From: Lingula anatina
Taxonomy: Eukaryota > Animalia > Brachiopoda
Direction: 5' to 3'
NCBI GenBank assembly: GCA_051362555.1
Contig: CM120647.1
Location: 15,600,651-15,664,650, forward strand
Length of the DNA stretch: 64,000 bases
Shown: one piece after another, positions 12,590 to 25,186 of the stretch
Numbering within the stretch: the stretch's first letter is position 1
Layout: every line of letters begins with the position of its first letter
The notes under the pieces: model-generated
Seen by the model: the letters and a program-made list of their open reading frames with translations, nothing else
Told to the model about the DNA's origin: nothing
The model's database searches: none
Program-made: the position numbers and the translations under genes

Positions 12590-13750
12590 AATGGCACCTT
12601 GCAGCCTTCACTGCCTCACTATTTGCAGACAATGTTCTAGTCACTGTAACTGTGTACATTTGAGGAGGCATAGACGCAAGGATAACTCCTTTAAAGTATA
12701 TTATGAAGGTTTCTTTTGTCATAAATCTACCACATATAACCTGAATGTACATATTGCTATTCACACCGCAGCAGCTTGTCTTAGTAAAGACTCAACCAGT
12801 TGAAAACTTGTGGCACAGCTTCAGGGACAAGATCACACCAACTACCCTTGCTGTGATGATGGATCTACATTATCTTGTTCTCCTAGTTTCTCTGATGCCA
12901 TTTCCCCTTGTCTTTGCTCACATCAATCTCTACAGCTTTACTTACTGCTACACAGTTTTTGCATCTGAAAGTATACAGCAAAAATTGTAATAAAGCACTA
13001 TCAATTTACTTGTTATATATTGATTTCAGGGCGAGAGAAAAAGGCAGAAACCTCATACCATAATCAAAATAATTGAAAATCAAATATGCATAATCAAATA
13101 GCTATAATTGTACATACTAGTGATGATTTAATCTTTTAAACTTCAGCATAAATTTTGACTTTCTCTTGTTAAAGCATAGCCACTTTATCAAAATTTGCTT
13201 GAACAAATAATAATAACAATAATAATAATAATAAACAACCTGCACACATGATGGAACATGGATGTTAATTGCCACAAAAAAGTTGATACGTACTTGGTAG
13301 CCTGAGAAATAACATCAGGTATTAATTTAAGCAGCAATAATACCGCAAAGTTAACAACGACACAAGCATAGGGTGATATGCAACAAAATTTCATGCATTA
13401 CTTGCTGTGGCAGTGTCATCCTCAACCTATCGTGCACCGCAGGTTGTGATTTTCAGTGTCATCAAAATTTTATAATATTGTTAGTTTGACCTATGTATCT
13501 GCTATTCAAATAATATCATTTGGAAAATAACTAACTAATTTAATTATGCTTTTGCAACATGAAATTATCATTAACTTTGCCGATTCACGTGTACACAGTA
13601 CCTTGCTATCAGTGCTGCTCTTTTCTGCCTAACTCGCCACTGACAGGCTAACCGCATCAAAACAACGTATGATCCTTTACTTTTGGTGTAGGCAGTTTCG
13701 CCCCGGGGACATCGTCTTCGGTTAAAAACAACGTATCGTTCTCACCCATC
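12590..13750 (-). pseudogene. Degenerate SAP/SWIM-like transposon accessory gene fragments
   Basis: MGENDTLFLTEDDVPGAKLP (~13750-13690) and GVILASMPPQMYTVTVTRTLSANSEAVKAARCHC (~12690-12590) resemble, from recall only, the SAP and SWIM regions of SWIM/YqaJ proteins of invertebrate DNA transposons. They lie in a ~4-kb segment absent from the other amplification units. Confidence 0.4.
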
Positions 13751-14912
13751 TTTGCATTGCTCCTGTACAAAATGTCCACTTGACGCCCGCCCAAGGGAAA
13801 AATCGTAGCACGTGGGTAGTTACGCAAGTCCTGTGACGTGTAACGCGCGCAAGGTTATTCATTTAAATTTTTTTAATAATCGGAATTTGACTTTAAGACT
13901 TAATCAAACGTGTGAAAAAACGATGAGGGGTAGTTTACTTTTGATGTTAAAATCAACCTAGTCTGATAACTTTCACGCTATTCAAAGTTAAGTTCAATTT
14001 GCAACACTATGTGGGTCGTTTTGTGAAAAATATCTTTTCACTAGATAAGACGGAAAGTAAAACTGTGACGGCGGCAGATATTTTTCATCAAAGAAACAGC
14101 ACATGTTTTATTTGATCCACAGTTTTACTGAATCGTAAAGTGCATTACTTTTAAGAAGCAATGCACTCTGCGTCTATAATATGTGTGTTATAAAAATTGC
14201 ACATTAACCACGACGGAAAAGTATTACTGTTTGCAAAATTGTTTAAGTTAAGAACTGTTAATGAAGAAAAAGAAATAGTGTGAGTACACTTTTATTTCAA
14301 GAGGTTGATTTGACAAATGATGATGATTTAATTGCGTAACGCTGTATATAAATGATTAAGGAAATGTTTGAAATCAAAATGACTTGCTGGGACCATATTT
14401 CATCGTAATCTGAATTATATCCTTATAATACATCATTGCCAACTACTATTTGAAAGAAAAAATTAACTGTTTAAATCCGATCTTTAAGAGAGTAGAAAAC
14501 CATTACATACATAAATACATACAAAGTTCAAAATGAAAACTCCAGTGAATTACATATAATTTGAAGATATTGGCATATATATCATCAGTCAGAAAATTAG
14601 CGATAGGACTAATGCATGTGTTTTGTAGAGATGTTTGGTGTGTATCAAATACAACGTCATGTACATTTCCCCAATATTCAAAAGCAGTGAATCTTCTAGA
14701 TTTCTGTAAAAGACAAACACAACGACTGGGTCTGATTTTTGTTATGAAGTGCTGGGGATGAAATATAATAGGAAAAACAAAAGGAAACATGAGAAGTCGT
14801 CTAATTTTTTTTCTTAATGAGGCATTGAGGTATAGGTGTCAGCTTCTCGTAAAAAATGAAACATATTGATTAAGAATACTAAAAATCAGTAATATATAAA
14901 ATATAATAAAAA

Positions 14913-14969
<57 letters not shown>

Positions 14970-15553
14970 TATAATAATAATAATAATAATAAACAACGTC
15001 TTAACTCTGACATGCATTTCATTTACATTAGTGCAAGATATTTTAAAGGAATTTTTCAAATGTTGAACAAATAATGTTTCGCCCGAAGGTTAATCTTACT
15101 CGCGCATCCGCAGGAGCTAATTTTTTTTTTAAAATAATTAATTAACAGATGTTCTTGAAAATTTTTAATTTGTTCGTTCAGTTAGATACAACAGAATAAG
15201 ATTCTAAACAGAGTAAGATGGGGTTCAGCAAACGAGTAAATGCTTTAGAATCTTAAAATGACGATGGAAATTGAAGGTGTTATTTGTCTGTATTGAAATG
15301 GTTATTTTTATCAATGAAAACAGCACCATGATTACAAAGTTATTTAACTAAAAAAGAGAAAAAAGAAAAAGTGAGAGCGCGTGTGTTGTTGGAAGACGCT
15401 ATGACAAATGATAATGGTTTCATTGCATAACAGTATTTATGATTCAGGAAATTTTTGAAACAGAAAATATCTTACTGAGACCATATTTCATGGCGATCCT
15501 ATTTTGTATGTTTCCTTGCTGAAGATTGATTGACATTTGTTTGCACAGAAACG

Positions 15554-15560
15554 TATAAAT
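15554..15560 (+). promoter_or_regulatory. TATA box of peptide gene copy 2
   Basis: TATAAAT 97 nt upstream of ATG 15651, conserved with copy 1. Confidence 0.6.
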
Positions 15561-15650
15561 AGCGGCTTGGGTCGCGTAAGATAGCAAGCCTCTTACTAGA
15601 GAAGATTTAGAGAGTTTAGTCTTTTGCTAGGACTGCTTCATTGGAGAAAA

Positions 15651-16271
15651 ATGAAGTCGTGCGCCGTTCTTGTGCTTTTGGTGCTCTTTGCCACTGTTGC
15701 CATAGAAGGTGAGTGATACGAGTGATGCTTCCATAATAACAAGTGTTATGTAAGGGCAACGCATTGGTCTCTTATGTTATAGTGAAGTAACTAACCGGTT
15801 TTCAAAAAAATACTAATTGAAAAACCTGACAAATAAAACCCAGCCATTTTTCACCTTCAAGCAAAAAAGTTCAATACTTTTGTCAACCCCACCTTCTGTA
15901 CAAACGGCAGTAAAGAATGATAAAGAATCTTGACCAAAAACATGTATTCGGAAAGGGCATCGATCATGCCGGGAATAACTGGCATCGTTTTTAAGTGACA
16001 TTGGAAAGAACATAAATTTTACTCTCACTGTGCTTCTTTACTCCACTAACATTTGAATCTAGAACTTTCTCACAAAATAAATATCCACCATGGACTTTAG
16101 GAAACATGTTTATCTTTGTATTTTTATTTTTATGTAGACACAGCCGGGCAAATTGCGAAGCTTGCTACGTGCGAATGCTGTGGTCAGACTTGTAGTAGCG
16201 ACCATGGGAGTTGCTACTGCGTCGGAACGTACCCCAACTGCCGCTGTGGTGCAGACGATCACCCAAAATAA
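15651..16271 (+). CDS. Small secreted 8-Cys peptide precursor, copy 2 (63 aa)
   Basis: Exons 15651-15708 and 16138-16271 give MKSCAVLVLLVLFATVAIEDTAG-QIAKLATCECCGQTCSSDHGSCYCVGTYPNCRCGADDHPK*. Probable terminal exon from 16916 with AATAAA at 17049. Confidence 0.85.
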
Positions 16272-17481
16272 AAGGTTCAGTGATCACATTGTTCATGGCA
16301 GTATTTTCACTAATACATATTCTGCTAGCTATCTGTTTTACATAGAGATTTTCATTATTGTGCTAAGCTGAGACTGCTAAACCGAGGAGTAAATTCCACA
16401 AAGCAATTGGGTGATATTGTTGTGAGAAATTGTGAGAGTGAATTAATGGCTCATAAACACAAGGGATACCAGCACCACAGATAATTATTTAAACTTACAA
16501 ATACAGATTGCTCAAAGGTATCAGTTTAAAGACCGAAAGAAATAACGAGATGAACTTTTAAAATCATTTTAGAGAGAGAGAGAGATGGCCATGGTGTTCG
16601 TGAGTGTGAGTGCGTGTGTGTTTGTGTGTTAAAAGAGAGAGAGAGAGAGAAAGAGAGAGGTTGGGAAGGAAAGTGAGGTGAGAGGGGAACGAGATAACCA
16701 GCCTGTGCGTGCGTATGTTACATACTCCGATTGTTATATCCGGCTGTCGATACCCCGATTCTTTTGTGACATAGTCTAATACAACCTTCAGAATGAGCAT
16801 CCGTACAGGCAAATTAAAAAGAAATGAATCCGTATTCTAAATGATCAGTTTAATGGAACGATTTAATATTTTACAGTTCATATTTACAATATATTTTTTT
16901 TTGTTTTGTTTTCAGAATAGCCTCCCGTCGAGAGGAAACATGACCAGTTGGACATATTAAAGAAAACAGGAAGCTAGTCACTAAGCTAAATGTAAAGCTG
17001 CAATATTTGGACTTTTTGTGAATTTTGAGTTAAACAATAAGTGGTCACAATAAAGATTGTAGTAAATACGCTGTATTTACTGCATCGTCAAAGCTTTAAA
17101 CCATTGTTAACGTTGTTGTCATTTGAATGCTTAATACGCATCTGCCCGAATATTCCAAAAAATAAAAAAAAAAATAGTTGAAATACCAATGTTTCTTTCA
17201 CAAATGTTGTAGATCATTCCATGTTTCCTGCATTATAAATATAATTTTTTTCATTATTTGTCAAATGCCTCGATTAGAAATATTTATTGCAGAAGTATTT
17301 CTGGTTGTTTAAAAACTATTTAATGCTTCGTGATTAAAAACTAAACAGAAAAACACTGAAAATAAGTTTTTCGAACACATTTCATTTTTATAGAAATTTA
17401 TCTCAATTCTTTTAAATTTCTACTTTGTAGCAAACACACATCGCTAAAATAATCTTGATATGAATATAAACTAAAACGTGC

Positions 17482-17527
<46 letters not shown>

Positions 17528-17769
17528 GGAACAATTCAGATATCAAATAAGAAAAATATTATTTTCTACAAGTTCAGTGGGCTGCCGATCTGAACCAAGT
17601 TACAAGTACGGGTAGGTCCGTAGACGATTTTCAACAAATTACAAAGCCCTGCATTGGTGGGTGATAAAGCGGCTTTAAACCTGAGTCAGTACTCATTCAA
17701 CCACCGGCACACATTTTGACATTACCGACATGAAGAATTCATAAGAACCAAACATTATCTTGGAACATT

Positions 17770-18092
17770 TCAAGTACGAATTCCTGGCTTTATTCTTTTT
17801 TCACAAAGTTTTCCCCTGTACCCATCCGGGCATTCGCAGTAGTCGTCAATCAAGGTCATCACGCACGTGCCACCATTGCCACACGTTTTACGGCATTCAT
17901 TGCTCAGCCGTGTCATGCACTGTTCACCACTGAAACCACTTCTACAGCTGCAGGGAATGTAAAATAAGGTGATGAATAGGTTTATATAAGTGCTGAGAGA
18001 TATCGCCCAAAATTAGAAAGATACTATTTAGAAAAAAAAAACAATTAAGCGGCTTGTATATATACGGAATCCATATATTAATTTTTCTTTTT

Positions 18093-18154
<62 letters not shown>

Positions 18155-19314
18155 TGCATGTATTTTCATTTGTGTTCTAGCTTCTGCATTGTGTTTGATG
18201 AGCTGACTTACCTACAAACTGGTTCATCTTCGTCGTTAAAGACGCAGGTGCCTCCATTGTTACATTGCAGGTAACAGCCTCCCCCTAACCATGGATATCT
18301 CTTCTTAAACTTCTCATCTTATTCAACATGAAAAATGAAACCGTAAATTAAGAGCACAATCATACATAAATAAATACATACCGCCCTTACATATTATATT
18401 AAAAAATAATGCTAGGTTATACCTTTTTGGAAATGACATGTTAAGAAATGAAGAAATATTAATATACGAGTACAAATGATACGCTGTCGAACACTGACAA
18501 AGAGTCTGCAAATGTTTCTCCTGTCTCTTTTTTCACATTATCACTCTAATTTCAAGTCTTATTAGTCAAAAGCAATACATTAATGAAGCCTTCAGTTTTC
18601 CTCGGTACATGTACATGTTACTTACAATTGATGCATGTTTTCATGCACTTCCCAAGTGACGTTTTTGCTCCAATTCCACCACCGCACTGCTCTTCTGAAA
18701 CACGTTTTCCGCGAAGTCTACAAGACCGTGTCGCCACCTCTAGCCCGTACTGCCCACATCCCTCTGAACCGTTGACGCCTTTGTAACAGCTATAAGGTGC
18801 CCAAGAGCTCCAGATGGCAACTGAAAGGACCTTTATTTGAGGCGTTTGCATGTGTTTCACATATTCATAAAACAACTGCAAATTTGTGTTTCTTAACTCT
18901 TAATACTTGTGAAGGTCGGATAAAACGCTGCAAACCAAATTCAATATCAGAAAATAGTAATTATCGTGGTAAAAAAAAAATTCAGCTTACCTAACTGTGC
19001 CCTGGTTCTCCCGCAGCTTCTTAAGCATGGTTCTTCTCTGTAAGTAGCACCAAGACAAGGGAGCTTTCCTGGAGATGGAGCAGGATTATTGCACCTTGAA
19101 TATAATAATTATTTCATTCATTTCCATTTCTTCAGTCTGTAAGAGTTACTTATTAATGTCACGCTATTGATGTCACGCAATCGATGCTATAGTTGATAGT
19201 ATTATTGACCTGGTAGGCGTTCCTGGTTTCATTTAATAATTGTGTGGTATGGTTCGTGTACTCCCGTCATAATCAGAGAAGTTTATAATGGCGACAATTA
19301 CCATTTCTAATACA

Positions 19315-19361
<47 letters not shown>

Positions 19362-22300
19362 AAGCTGAATGACAAGCTTTATAAAAACGCGAGATCATCT
19401 TCTTACCTTCTACGCAATATTATTGTGTCTCCACAACGTGGTTTATCTGGACATGCAGTAACCACAAACCAGTTTGACCAACCGCCGTCTGACCCTAAAG
19501 TTTAAGGAAATTTAACACCACTCTCATATTATACATAGACTGGGACTTAAACCGTAAATACCTTAATTCATTTGTCAATTGGAATTTTAGAGAGGGTTTG
19601 TCGAACGATTGGTTCATAATAAACGCACATATCTAAATGTAATTGTGTCATTGGGACATGGTAATTTGTGTGAAGAATTGGCGGGACTTCGGTCTCTACA
19701 TGTATGTTGAATAACCAGCCTGACAGCTTTCAGCCATGGCTAGGTACAGTTAGCAGCCATGGTCGCATTGTGAAATAAGTATTTTCATTAGAAATGGCAC
19801 TCCGTCTTTTTTCTTTGGTGTGCCGTTTTATTGAATCACAAAGACTATTTAAATTAGAGACAAATACACCTGCTTTATCCATAACTACAAAAACAAATGG
19901 CATGGTATAAGCGTCTTTGAACCTCACAGGAATGATATTCTGACAGTTATAAATGAAGATCCCCTGTCTAGGAAAGTGTGTATTTTTGAGCCAATACGTT
20001 TTGAGTTCATAGCGAAAAAAATAATATGAACGTGTATCGTATTGCAATAGGCCTTTTGCAGCTAAAAACCTAGATGTTGTTTTCTTTTTGTCCACTGAAA
20101 AGCTTACTAAATACGCTTAATCCAGGTTCTAAGATAAAAGGATAGCACCATCGGGGCAAAAATCATCAAATAAATAGATAAGTAAAGAAATAGTCATACA
20201 ATCAAACAAACAAATAAATATATAAATAAATTATTTATTTATCTAAATAATTAATAAATTAGCTTATTAATGCACCACCTACTTGACGGACAGTTTCTTT
20301 CATCAGACTTGTCAAGACAAAAAGGCACGCCGTCACATACCCAGCGGTTTGGAATACACCGCAAGGTGTCGTCAGTGCAGAGCGTGTAACCAGGCATTCC
20401 GCAGCGTCCTAAGGCATTTAGTGATGAATTTTGAAGAATATAAGATAGTTTTACATTAAGACCTCCCAAAATGTCCCCGTGCAGACTCTATTTCTAAAAC
20501 ATATGGCTCATGATAAATGTAGAAGAGGTTTCTGAATAGTCTGTTATTAGTACAAAGGAATGCAATATGGTTTATTGAAATTTAAAATTAATTGAAAGAG
20601 ATGCCTTTCAATAAAGAAAAAAATATATATATACATATGCTTCGCTTATGTTTTCATTAATATGAAATGTTAATGTTCACAATCGAAATAAGATCATTTT
20701 TGTATATATGCTTGGTAAAAAATTTACAACTTTATTAAGTTTCAAATGAATAATATTTATCAAATATCCTCCTAAGCGCCCCCCCCCCTTTCACCGTCAG
20801 CCTATGACCATAAGAACCATAAACTTGATACAAATAAGGGCGCTCTATCCGTCCAATCAAGTTATCAAATAACAAACCTGAATGAAGACGGCACACGCGT
20901 TCATCTGACTTGTCTGCACAGTGGTAGGCGCCGTCACACACCAGGGCGGACGGTATACACCGCCCATTGCTGCAGCGGAACTGGGTGGCACCACACGGAG
21001 CTGAAGTGCAGAAAGGACGGCCAGTTATTACAATTGACGATACATTCCTACTTGTAATAGGCTATCCAGGTGGTAAATTTTTTATAGTCACACTGTGAAG
21101 GGGGTGGTGACTATTCCCACATTGTCACAGCTTTAAAAAGTGCATCCCCACAAAAAATGCATTAGCATGTTACTTATATTCAGTATTGTAAAAATGCCAT
21201 CTAAATTAAATTGATTTTTGTCCAACCATCATCTACCTGTTCTCATTGGCTTGCCTGTGTTCACGTTCTTACCGGTGCACATGGACTTAATTGTGCTCAC
21301 CGTCGCCCCTGTGCTCACTGTCTCACCTGTGCTCACCGCCTTACTTGTGCCCACTGTCTTTACCTGTGTTCACCGTCTCACCTGTGCTCACGCAATCCGC
21401 CTCGTCCGACCTGTCTCCACAGTTGTTGATTTTGTTACACACGTTTGAACGTGGGATACATTTGCCGTTTCTGCAAGCAAACTTCTGAATGCTGGCCGTG
21501 CACCTCTCTGAAAATATCAGTCTTTAATACAACCCGGCTTACTCTCTGGGTCATGAATTGATCTACTGACAAATTGACACTGAAAATAGTTTTTTCTCCA
21601 CTCGTGTCAAATTTAAGTCATGTTGAATTTCTGCCTCGACTCCCCCCCCCCCCCCAGAAATGCAAGCGATGCTCAAAGCACGTGTCTGTCACTGATTTCT
21701 TAAATGAATCATGAAATGGAAGAGATACGAACAATATTTTTGCACATTATTTCATGTGCATTTATTTATTTTGTGACAACCGGATGAACGTTCTCTCATA
21801 TGAATCTACCAACTTCTACAGATCTTCTGCTAGATTCATAGAGTACTATAGTGAAAAACTTGCCTTTTACCGCGTCATTTGTTTTCAAAACTTGCTCACA
21901 GCGGCAGAAGCGGTTCAGTGGACCTGCGTTCTCCTCCAGAATCTCACACTGTCGTTCACATCCACAGTTGTTTGCTTCGTTCAGCGGCGCCGGCGCTTGA
22001 AACACAACCTTCCTTTATTATTATTATTATTATTATTATTACAGTAATTTGACATTTTTTGATAAGCATTCGGTCTCCCAGTTTATAGGTTTTATTCTTT
22101 TAAGAATCAACAATTTAACTGTCACTTAATCCATTCCAAAAATTGTACTAAGTTTACATATCAAATAGATAGCAATTTTGTACAGAGCAGAGCAGTATAC
22201 TGTTTTTTTTTTTTTTTTTTTTTTTTTTTGTTGTTGTTGTTGTTTTTAGTTTAAATTAGGCCTGCAACAGAAGTCACGCACAACATGTAAACCTAAACAA

Positions 22301-24321
22301 ACGTGTTTTCCATACTTATTAAATTGATGTTGTGGTATTTGAATAGCAAAGGGGTCAAATTATGGTCAGTATTTTATTAATCCGCGGGTGTGTGTGTTTG
22401 TGTGTGAGTGTGCGTATGTGTGTGAGTGTGTGTCTTATGAAAACATAATGCAGTAAGGCATTTCTGTGTCTCCGACGTTCTCTTAATGCGTGTTGTTTTA
22501 CTAACAAAGGTTACCTCTCTCTCCATCTCTTCCCCCCCCCTCTCTCTCTCCTTCTCTCTGTGTGTTTGTGTTCCGTGCCCGTAAACCTATGTGTGTGTAT
22601 GTGTGGGTGTGTACGCATGTATTTAGAACCTTACCTTTGCAATATCTGTGAACAACTCCGTACCGTATCTCATGGTAGGAGTCACACGGCCAAACAGCTG
22701 GTCCCTTGCATACGTCGGCTGCACTGGGTGATCCTAGAAAGTGATCGTGATACAGATTGTGCCTTGCGTTTTAGAATACTTGCACGTCATATCAATTGAT
22801 AATTTATCAGATCCGATGTTCTTTTGGAAACTTATTTTATTACCTTACGGGTTGTTAGTATTTATGCATGCTCGTATGATCTGGAGTATGATATGCAATT
22901 TGCAGTGCACATTTCCCTGTTGTTTCATTAGTTTTAGGTACTTGACCTATTCAAACCATGATTGGGCTATGTAAAGTCGACATTTTCTCTCGGTAGTTGA
23001 GACCTAATTCAGGAAAAGTATTGAAAATACCGCCAAGCTGTGACAATTACTCTAATTGCGCCCATTTATAGTCTGCATGGCGTCGATATCGTCTGTCTGA
23101 GGTTTCATTGAGTGGTCTGCAAGGCGAGGATATCGTCTTTCTGAGGTTTCAGTGACTTACCATATATGGTCTGCATGGCGGCAATATCATCTGCCTGAGG
23201 TTTCAGTGGTCCCTGGTGGTAGGTCAAGGGCCACATGACGGCGGAGGGATCCTCGGAATGCCAAATCCCCAGGGCGTGACCAATCTCGTGGAGCAACACA
23301 GGGTACCCGTCCCAACCAGCTTTGAATAGAAGAGCTGTTCAGAGGAGATTAAAGGAAGTACTGCCCTCTACCGGTCTAGACCTCATACAGTTTTTAATAG
23401 ATGTATTTAAAGTTTCATACTGAGTGTTTCTGTGCACATTTTTGTGCTGACCATTAAGAATGTTACAGAGAAATGACGTCATAAACCAGCTGGAATCAAA
23501 TGTTAATCTGTTTTTTTTTTTTTTTTTTTTTATAATTTTGACACACTACATGTACTGAAATTATGCATAAGAAAAAAAAATAGATACTCACTTTTGGGAT
23601 CTTTAGCGGCATCACGCCATTTCAGAGCATCGTTCATGTGAACTTCTCCATTAAAATTAGTGCCTACTCAAAATTTTACAACATGAAATTATATAAATGC
23701 CTCTAAATTTTGAAGGACTATTTGTAAAGAGGTGTGCAATCTTATTTTAAAATAGAGTAAAATGTAAAGAAATACAAAATCGTTTTAAAAGATATATAGG
23801 CGATAAAATTATAATAATAAACATATTATTTTATAACATCAAAAATGGTTTTAAACCAAAACTGTATTAGTTGATCATTTTGATAAAGATTCATGAGTTT
23901 GGTTATGCTAATAAGGAAACACGTGAAACACGTGTTCTTTTTGTCACAAACTAATATGCAACAGTTAGGAGGAAGAAACACAATTTCACCAACACTGAGG
24001 GCACCAAGGGCATCTTGTGACGTCAGTGCAGACCAAATAGGATGAAATCAAAACCGGTTTGTGAGTATAACAAGTGCTACCTAACGTGATTCTTTAAAAA
24101 CGTATACAAAACATGTGTTAAAATATACAGTGCAGTTCAGACTGGAAAAATGAAAATTATACCTGGGAATAACCCCGGCCAAAAGGCGTGCGCAAAAGAA
24201 GATTTATCAAAGGGAAACAGATCGCCATGGTTTCCGGTGACAAACTTGACTTTCAGGTCACCTTGACTTCCTTGTGGTGCCTTTGAAATTTGTAAACGAC
24301 TTATATCTGACCAGGCCTGGA

Positions 24322-24363
<42 letters not shown>

Positions 24364-25137
24364 TAGATGGTGACAGTGGGTGGCCACTTCATATCCTCAC
24401 ACTGTAAGGAGTAGCTCATTTCATGGACCTCAATCCTTCGATATTTATGACAATGCCAGGGCTCAGTATGTTATATAACCGCAAGTGATCTTCATAGGAA
24501 CAGCATGAATGATATCGCTTAATGTAAAATAAATAAATGACTGACTGCATGGCCCATCCACAATGCTGATGATTGGTCAATCCCCAGATTTTGAACTTCA
24601 TCACTCTGATGGTCTGCAAGAAGAAAGCAAAACTTAAAATTTTCGCAGTGGATGGCCTTTGAGGATAGCAAAGATTAGTAACGCATCGAAGCACAAGCGC
24701 ACGGACGCACAAATGGGCTGGATAACATGATCCCTGACTTTTGTCACAAATGTGCAAGGATAATAATAATAAGTTAATAAATAAAATAGGTGAACAAGTA
24801 AAAATGTAAATATTTAATAAATTAATAACAAAAGTGTTCACCTGACTAGCTGTTTATAGTAGTGACAACAAGTTAATGATTTTGGTGAAGTTAATGAATG
24901 CAATTTATAACTAGTGAAAAGAGTACTTAAAAAGTGGGATTTTTCTATAAGCCAGGCTAGGTGGTTACAAACACATAGGACTCTATTATCAATGACCGGA
25001 TGGAGAGGATTCATTAATATTACCTTGTACGCCCTACCGACCATCTGCTCTTGTTGTTTTCTGCTCATATCCTTGGTGTATGGGCCTATAGACCAGGTGA
25101 GCTTCCACTTGTACCATCGTTCACTTATGCCTTGCAT

Positions 25138-25186
<49 letters not shown>

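Larger units (their letters stand above)
1107..19290. repeat. Tandem segmental amplification (peptide gene plus 3' end of the MMP gene), three copies with insertions
   Basis: Colinear homologous blocks 1107-~3900, ~6848-9360 and ~16414-19290. The peptide-gene upstream block ~4820-6847 matches ~13940-16413. Confidence 0.9.

Noticed and set aside
18618-18660. ShK toxin-like ending CMKTCINCK*
   Set aside because: The last Cys codon is the GTAAGT donor. The exon is a TSP1 domain (WSSW…TRSC) spliced in phase to EGF exons.
21211-21488. Cys/His-rich metallothionein-like plus-strand ORFs
   Set aside because: Translations of an 18-bp intronic minisatellite, antisense to an LDLa exon.
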